Below, piece by piece: positions 58,446-64,000 of a stretch of DNA of 64,000 bases; within the stretch, counting starts at the first letter, position 1, and each line of letters opens with the position of its first letter. Both the position numbers and the translations under genes were made by a program. The notes under the pieces were generated by a model. The model had not been told where the DNA came from. It did no database searches and saw only the letters and a program-made list of their open reading frames with translations. Source of the stretch: Candidatus Woesebacteria bacterium GW2011_GWB1_33_38 (GTDB lineage Bacteria; Patescibacteriota; Microgenomatia; UBA8517). The DNA lies in assembly GCA_000990005.1 (NCBI GenBank), contig LBPF01000001.1, forward strand, positions 90,315 through 154,314. The letters are read 5' to 3'.

Positions 58446-59597
58446 ATGAATGGAATAAATCTAGATAATTTAAAAATTGCACTTGTTTATGATAGGGTAA
58501 ACAAATTTGGTGGGGCGGAGAGAGTGTTATTGTCCCTTCATGAGATGTTTCCAAATGCCCCACTTTATACATCAGTCTATAACGAGCTTTCAGCGAGTTG
58601 GGCTCATGATTTCCCAAAAATTTACACAACTTTCCTACAAAAGATACCTTTTTTAAAAAATAATCATGAATTAATTGGTTGGTTAATGCCACTGGCTTTT
58701 GAAACATTTGATTTTTCTAATTATGATTTAGTAATTTCAGTTACTTCTGAGGCTGCGAAAGGAATTATCACGGGTACTAATACATTACATGTTTGTTATT
58801 GTCTTACTCCAACGAGATATCTTTGGAGCGCTAGGGACTTTTATTTTAATAATCCTCCAAAAAAGTTTAATATTTTTCCATTTTTTAAAATTTTTGCAAA
58901 ACCGTTTGTAGGTTATCTTGAAAAGTGGGATTCTATTGCAAGTACAAGGCCGGACAAAATGATAGCAATATCAACTGAAGTTAAAAGTAGAATTAAAAAA
59001 TATTACAAAAGAAATTCTGAAATAATTTATCCCCCATGCGATTTGCCAAGAAAAGTAATGGGGAGTTCGAAGGGTAAATATTATTTTATTCATGGAAGAT
59101 TTGAACCTTACAAACGACTCGATTTGGTAATTGACGTATTTAATGATTTAGAACTTCGCCTTGTGGTTTCAGGTTCCGGATCAGAATTCTTGAGATTACA
59201 ACGAAAGGCTAACCAAAACATTAAGTTTGTATATAAACCTAGTGATAATCAGCTACCCGATTTGTATAAAAATGCCATGGCGTTTCTGATGCCTCAAGAA
59301 GAAGATTTTGGTATCACCTCCGTTGAGGCTCAAAGTTTTGGAGTGCCTGTGATTGCTTATAATAAAGGTGGGGCAATAGATACTGTCATACCAGACAAGA
59401 CTGGAGTTCTTTTTAACAGTCAAACAAAAGAAATTTTGAAGCAGGCAATTGCAAAATTTGATACAATGAGATTTAATAATATAGACTTAATAAATAATGC
59501 TAAAATTTTTTCAAAGGAAAGATTCAAAAGGGAATTACAAAGATCACTTGTACGCTCTTATCTTAGCTGGAGGTGGGGGGACAAGACTCTGGCCTAA
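58446..59597 (+). CDS. GT4 glycosyltransferase (WbaZ-like)
   Basis: GGAERVL, CYCLTPTRYLW, YKRLDL and EEDFGITSVEAQ. Confidence 0.9.
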   Translation: MNGINLDNLKIALVYDRVNKFGGAERVLLSLHEMFPNAPLYTSVYNELSASWAHDFPKIYTTFLQKIPFLKNNHELIGWLMPLAFETFDFSNYDLVISVTSEAAKGIITGTNTLHVCYCLTPTRYLWSARDFYFNNPPKKFNIFPFFKIFAKPFVGYLEKWDSIASTRPDKMIAISTEVKSRIKKYYKRNSEIIYPPCDLPRKVMGSSKGKYYFIHGRFEPYKRLDLVIDVFNDLELRLVVSGSGSEFLRLQRKANQNIKFVYKPSDNQLPDLYKNAMAFLMPQEEDFGITSVEAQSFGVPVIAYNKGGAIDTVIPDKTGVLFNSQTKEILKQAIAKFDTMRFNNIDLINNAKIFSKERFKRELQRSLVRSYLSWRWGDKTLA

Positions 59598-60639
59598 ATC
59601 TTTAGAAAAAACTCCAAAGCAGTTTTTAAAGTTGTTTAATCATAAAACCTTAGTTGAAATTACTGGGGAAAGATTAAACAAGTTTCTACCATGGGAAAAA
59701 ATTTTTGTGGTTACAACAACTAAAGAATATGGGGATACAATTAAGGAATTACTTCCAAAAGTTCCTGAAGAAAATATTCTAGTCGAACCTGAGAGAAGAG
59801 ATAGTGCAGCCGCACATGCTTTAGGCGCAACCTATATTTTAAGTAAAGATTCAGAAGCGGTTATTGTTAACGCTGCTTCTGATCATTTTGTGAGTCCACA
59901 GTTAAATTATGAAAGAACTATGTTTGCTGCTAGCAAGTATGCATTTGAAAACGGTGGTTTAGTCTCAATTGGTATCAAACCTTTATATCCTCATACTGGA
60001 ATGGGTCATTTGAAAAAGGGAAAACATGTAGATACTTCAGAAGGTAGATATGTTTTTAAATTAGATAAGTTTGTTGAGAAACCCCCACTTGAAACGGCAC
60101 AGAAATATACAGAATCAGGAGACTACTTTTGGAATGCTAATCATTATGTATGGAGAGCAGACAAATTTTTAAGTGAAGTCAAAAGTTATGCCAAAACGTT
60201 AAGTATTGGAATGGAAGAAATTGCAAAGAATTTGGGCACAGTAGACGAGAAAAAAACAGTAGAGAAAGAATACAAAAAGTTTGAAAAGATTTCAGTAGAT
60301 TATGCAATCTCTGAAAAATCAAAAGATTTTTATATGATAATTGCTGATTATAGTTGGACAGATATAGGAGACTGGAATGAGGTATGGAAGAATTTGCCTC
60401 AAGATGTAAATGGCAATGTCATAATTACGGGAGATGAAAAAGGCGGGGAGGTAATAAATATTGATACGACTGACGCTCTAATTCACTCTGACGGCCGTCT
60501 CATTGCTGCGATTGATGTAGATAATTTAATTATTGTAGATACAGAAGAAGCTTTACTTGTTTGTTCCAAAAGCCATGCCCAGTCAGTTAAAAAGATTGTG
60601 GAACTACTAAAAGCAAAAAATAGAATAGATCTTCTTTAA
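59497..60639 (+). CDS. manC: Mannose-1-phosphate guanylyltransferase
   Basis: ILAGGGGTRLWP.S...PKQF, EP..RD, FVEKP, ISVDYA and WTDIGDW. Confidence 0.9.
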   Translation: MLKFFQRKDSKGNYKDHLYALILAGGGGTRLWPKSLEKTPKQFLKLFNHKTLVEITGERLNKFLPWEKIFVVTTTKEYGDTIKELLPKVPEENILVEPERRDSAAAHALGATYILSKDSEAVIVNAASDHFVSPQLNYERTMFAASKYAFENGGLVSIGIKPLYPHTGMGHLKKGKHVDTSEGRYVFKLDKFVEKPPLETAQKYTESGDYFWNANHYVWRADKFLSEVKSYAKTLSIGMEEIAKNLGTVDEKKTVEKEYKKFEKISVDYAISEKSKDFYMIIADYSWTDIGDWNEVWKNLPQDVNGNVIITGDEKGGEVINIDTTDALIHSDGRLIAAIDVDNLIIVDTEEALLVCSKSHAQSVKKIVELLKAKNRIDLL

Positions 60640-60643
60640 AAAA

Positions 60644-61297
60644 ATGTTTTTTGAAATTACTAAAAGAATAATAGACATTATTGCCGCTTCAGTACTTATT
60701 ATTGTTTTTGCACCAGTTACGGTGGTTGTCTCAATTGCTATTAAATTGACTTCCCCTGGACCTATTTTGGTTGAAAAAGAAAATTCTCACATGAAACGTT
60801 TAGGAAAAAATGGGAAGGTCTTTAGACTTTTTAAATTTAGGTCAATGCCAGTAGGTGGTGATATCTTAGAAAAAACCGATCCAAAATACAAAATTGCCTA
60901 TATCCAAAAACACAATAGCGGGAGCTATAAACCCAAAAAAGACCCCAGAGTTACCAAGGTCGGTAAGTTTATTAGAAAATATTCAATAGATGAAACACCA
61001 CAATTTTTCAACATTTTATTAGGGGATATGAGTTTGGTTGGGCCACGACCATATTTAAGAGAAGAACTCGAAGAGCAACAGGGAAAATATCCTGGAACAG
61101 AAAAGTATGTTAAAGAGATGCATAAAGTAAAGCCGGGAATCACTGGATATTGGCAGGTGTCAGGTAGAAGCGATGTCAATTTTGATAAAAGAATTGAAAT
61201 GGATGCCTATTATGCTAGGAAAAAATCACTTTTCTTTGATCTTTTAATAATATTAAAAACGCCCTGGGCTATGATTAGTGGCAAGGGTGCTGTATAA
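60644..61297 (+). CDS. Priming phosphoglycosyl transferase (small monotopic, Bac_transf)
   Basis: KRIIDI, FKFRSM, DPRVT, SIDETPQ, GDMSLVGPRP and KPGITGYWQV. Confidence 0.95.
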   Translation: MFFEITKRIIDIIAASVLIIVFAPVTVVVSIAIKLTSPGPILVEKENSHMKRLGKNGKVFRLFKFRSMPVGGDILEKTDPKYKIAYIQKHNSGSYKPKKDPRVTKVGKFIRKYSIDETPQFFNILLGDMSLVGPRPYLREELEEQQGKYPGTEKYVKEMHKVKPGITGYWQVSGRSDVNFDKRIEMDAYYARKKSLFFDLLIILKTPWAMISGKGAV

Positions 61298-61304
61298 TTT
61301 TGAT

Positions 61305-63248
61305 ATGGAACCTACCATTTTAATTCCAAAAATAGAACCAAACAAGATTGAGGTTATTCAAAAATCAAAATTTAATTTAAAATCTAAATTTGTAATTGTC
61401 CCTGTAGTTATTTTAGCAATTATCATACTTTTGACTGCCCCAGTTTTAGTATTTGTCGCCAAAGCCAATAAGGCATATAAACAAATTCTGCCAATTGTTG
61501 AAAATTTAAACATTAAAGATACTAATAAAATTAAAAATGATTTGACTTTAGTTAAGACTACAGTTTCTGAACTTCAGACATCTTACAAATTATTTTCTTG
61601 GATGAAAATCTTCCCAGGGCTAGGAAAGTATATTGACGATTTAGGCCATTCCATAAAAGCTGGAATATATGTCATTGACGCTACTGAAATTACATTAACA
61701 ACAGTTGAACCATATTTATCAGTTCTGGGATTTTCCGACAGCGGAAAGGATAACACTCAGACATCACAGGAAAGAATAGATTTTGTAATTAATTCTATTC
61801 CAGAAATATTACCTAAAGCTGGAGAGATTTCAGAAAAGTTTAAAAAAGCTGAAGAGGAAATGTCAAATATTAATCCAAGCGATTATCCTGAAAAATTTAA
61901 AGGGATTGCCCTTCGAGAAAAATTAAAAAAGGGCCTTGATCTTTTCAATGAAATCTCAGGTTATATTTCGGAGAGTAAACCACTTTTAGAAGCAACACCC
62001 TATCTTTTGGGTGTAGATAGTGACAGGACATATTTGGTTCTTTTTCAAAATGACAAAGAACTTCGTGCAACTGGCGGTTTTTTAACTGCTTACTCAATAA
62101 TGAAAGTATCAAAAGCCAAGTTTGAACCTGTTTCATCTGATGATATTTACAATTTAGATGCAAAATATAAACCCTCACTTCCTGCGCCTCAGGCTGTTGT
62201 TGATTTAATCAAGGGTCCTTATGTTCTTTCTCAAAATATTAGGCTTCGGGATATGAATTATTCACCTGATTTTAAAGTTGCTATGGATCTTTTTTCTGAA
62301 GAAGCAAATGACGTTGGTTTAAAAAATGTAGATGGAATAATTGCTGTAGATACTGGCCTTTTGGTAAATTTACTTGATGCTTTGGGTGAAATTGGTGTTC
62401 CTGGATTTGGAAATTTTTCAACCAAGATAGAACCTAAGTGTAATTGCCCACAGGTTATTTACGAACTTGAAAGTTTTGCCGATGTCGAAGGTCCTATTAT
62501 TTGGGATCCATTAACAGGCAAAATTATATTAAGGCCTAAAAACTCTGATAATAGGAAAAAAATAATTGGACCTTTAATGAATTCTATTTTAGCAAATGCT
62601 TTTGGTTCAACTAAAGATAAACTCTCAAAGCTTATTAATGCAGTTTTTAAGTCTGTTACTGAAAAACATGTTCTTTTCTACTTACATGACCTAGATGCCC
62701 AAAAAGCAGTCGAAGGATTTGGTATTGCTGGGAGAATGGAAACGGGCACTTCAGACTATTTGCATATAAATGATTCAAATTTAGGAGGTAGAAAATCAAA
62801 CCTATATGTTAAACAGGAAGTTGAACAAGAAATTGAAGTTACTAAAGATGGGTCAATTGAGAAAACTGTTACTATAACTTATAAAAACCCAGAAAAACAT
62901 GATGGTTGGCTTAATTCAGTTCTTCCTAATTGGGTAAGAATATATGTTCCAGAAGGTAGTAAACTTGTTGAAATAGAAGGTTTGGAGAAACAATATGAAA
63001 CAACAACAGAACTAGGTAAAACTGTTTTTTCAGGCTACTTTAAGTTAAGGCCAGAAGGGGTTTCCAAAGTAATTTTTAAATATTCCCTACCCTTTAAAAA
63101 GAGTAGCCTGCCTGCGCAGGCAGGTGATTACAAAATGCTTATTCAAAAACAAGCAGGAACTGATGCACCACTTCATAGAATTATTAGTAACAAGTTTGAG
63201 GAAGAATTTTTGCTAAATGTGGACAAAGAAATTAGAATCAAGTTGTGA
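61305..63248 (+). CDS. DUF4012 domain membrane-anchored protein
   Basis: YLVLFQN..ELRATGGF, RDMNYSPDF, DGIIAVD, N.GG.KSN and QKQAG; TATAAT at 61293-61298 supports a start at 61305. Confidence 0.85.
   Translation: MEPTILIPKIEPNKIEVIQKSKFNLKSKFVIVPVVILAIIILLTAPVLVFVAKANKAYKQILPIVENLNIKDTNKIKNDLTLVKTTVSELQTSYKLFSWMKIFPGLGKYIDDLGHSIKAGIYVIDATEITLTTVEPYLSVLGFSDSGKDNTQTSQERIDFVINSIPEILPKAGEISEKFKKAEEEMSNINPSDYPEKFKGIALREKLKKGLDLFNEISGYISESKPLLEATPYLLGVDSDRTYLVLFQNDKELRATGGFLTAYSIMKVSKAKFEPVSSDDIYNLDAKYKPSLPAPQAVVDLIKGPYVLSQNIRLRDMNYSPDFKVAMDLFSEEANDVGLKNVDGIIAVDTGLLVNLLDALGEIGVPGFGNFSTKIEPKCNCPQVIYELESFADVEGPIIWDPLTGKIILRPKNSDNRKKIIGPLMNSILANAFGSTKDKLSKLINAVFKSVTEKHVLFYLHDLDAQKAVEGFGIAGRMETGTSDYLHINDSNLGGRKSNLYVKQEVEQEIEVTKDGSIEKTVTITYKNPEKHDGWLNSVLPNWVRIYVPEGSKLVEIEGLEKQYETTTELGKTVFSGYFKLRPEGVSKVIFKYSLPFKKSSLPAQAGDYKMLIQKQAGTDAPLHRIISNKFEEEFLLNVDKEIRIKL
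63107..63124. repeat. 18-bp perfect GC-rich palindrome in frame within DUF4012
   Basis: CCTGCCTGCGCAGGCAGG, read within SLPAQAG. Confidence 0.8.
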
Positions 63249-63790
63249 AACTTAGAACTTACTCTTCAGAGGGCATAATACTGGCAAGAAAAAATTATGG
63301 AGAAGCTGATCGGATAATTACAGTTTTTTCAAAATATTTTGGTAAAATCACCCTTTTGGCAAAAGGTGTAAGAAAATTAACTTCAAGAAAAAGAGGTCAT
63401 TTAGAAATATTTAGCCAAATCAAATTTTCAGCTAACTCTGGTAAAGGATTTGATTTGATCACTGAAGCAGAGACTATAAATACATTTTCAAAATTTAGGT
63501 TAAATTTAAATAAAGTAACACTTGCCTATTACTTTTGTGAGGTTGTAAATAAAATTACTAGAGAGGGAGAAAAACAGTCAAAAGTTTATAATTTATTGAC
63601 TACAGCTCTTGAACAGTTAGAGACTGCAAAAAATTTAAAAATACTTCGTAAAAAATTTATAGAAGATTTACTGGTAGACCTTGGCTACTGGCCAAATGAT
63701 AAAAAAATGACAGACCATGATATTAAGCTGGAAGAAGTATTAGAAAGAAAGATAAACTCAGTCAGAGTGGGTAGAAAAGTGCTATCATGA
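63245..63790 (+). CDS. recO: DNA repair protein RecO, short form
   Basis: EGIIL...YGEADRII.VFS...GKI..LAKGVRK..SR. Confidence 0.9.
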   Translation: MKLRTYSSEGIILARKNYGEADRIITVFSKYFGKITLLAKGVRKLTSRKRGHLEIFSQIKFSANSGKGFDLITEAETINTFSKFRLNLNKVTLAYYFCEVVNKITREGEKQSKVYNLLTTALEQLETAKNLKILRKKFIEDLLVDLGYWPNDKKMTDHDIKLEEVLERKINSVRVGRKVLS

Positions 63791-63820
63791 AATGTCAACG
63801 CGAAGTGCTACAATGATATT

Positions 63821-64000
63821 ATGAAAGGCTATAAAGCAAATATTGAAAAACTTACTTTGGAGAATAATTTATTTAGACAAGTTCGTTATACTTCGAAGAA
63901 TTTTCAATTAGTTTTAATGTCGCTTAAACCTAAAGAAGAAATTGGTTTTGAAGTGCATGAGGAAAATGATCAGTTTTTTAGGTTCGAGAATGGAACAGGC
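63821..64000 (+). CDS. Cupin domain protein, 3'-partial
   Basis: MKGYKANIEKLTLENNLFRQV..T...QLVLMSL...EEIG.EVH..NDQFFRFE.G; TGCTACAAT lies 6 nt upstream. Confidence 0.85.
   Translation, partial: MKGYKANIEKLTLENNLFRQVRYTSKNFQLVLMSLKPKEEIGFEVHEENDQFFRFENGTG

Noticed and set aside
61355..61390. Possible heptamer array in the DUF4012 N-terminus (IQKSKFNLKSKF)
   Set aside because: Periodicity breaks after about three units and cannot be separated from AT-rich background by eye.
934..62178. Many short antisense or alternate-frame ORFs (e.g. 17379-17921, 38517-38915, 35147-35365, 58375-58707)
   Set aside because: They are shadows of well-supported genes and have no recognisable motifs.
1..64000. 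CRISPR array, tRNA or rRNA genes
   Set aside because: No regularly spaced repeat-spacer pattern or canonical tRNA/rRNA signature seen; intergenic space is minimal.

Overview
AT-rich, very densely packed bacterial DNA (standard code; TGA is a stop) with translationally coupled genes and few recognisable Shine-Dalgarno sites. Gene content and style suggest a Patescibacteria/CPR genome, probably Microgenomates (inference). About 50 kb is a very large cell-surface glycosylation region: about 14 GT-C-fold membrane glycosyltransferases, many GT2/GT4 enzymes, five SAM methyltransferases, three NDP-sugar epimerase/dehydratases, two flippase types, a Wzy/WaaL-like protein, ManC, a priming phosphoglycosyl transferase and DUF4012. 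It ends at recO and a cupin. The most unusual embedded elements are: (1) a four-helix-bundle (IVP/Avd-like) gene flanked by inverted arrays of a 7-bp repeat that are also translated inside the next gene; (2) a VKOR-dihydroorotate dehydrogenase-like fusion with altered substrate motifs; (3) a truncated DUF3800 gene facing a structured antisense ncRNA with its own promoter and terminator; (4) divergent genes sharing a CATG start palindrome and convergent genes sharing a TTAA stop palindrome; (5) an IS1634-family element with a 38-bp target duplication; (6) recurrent -10 boxes 6-8 nt before start codons, suggesting leaderless mRNAs. All calls were made by eye from motifs; no searches were run.
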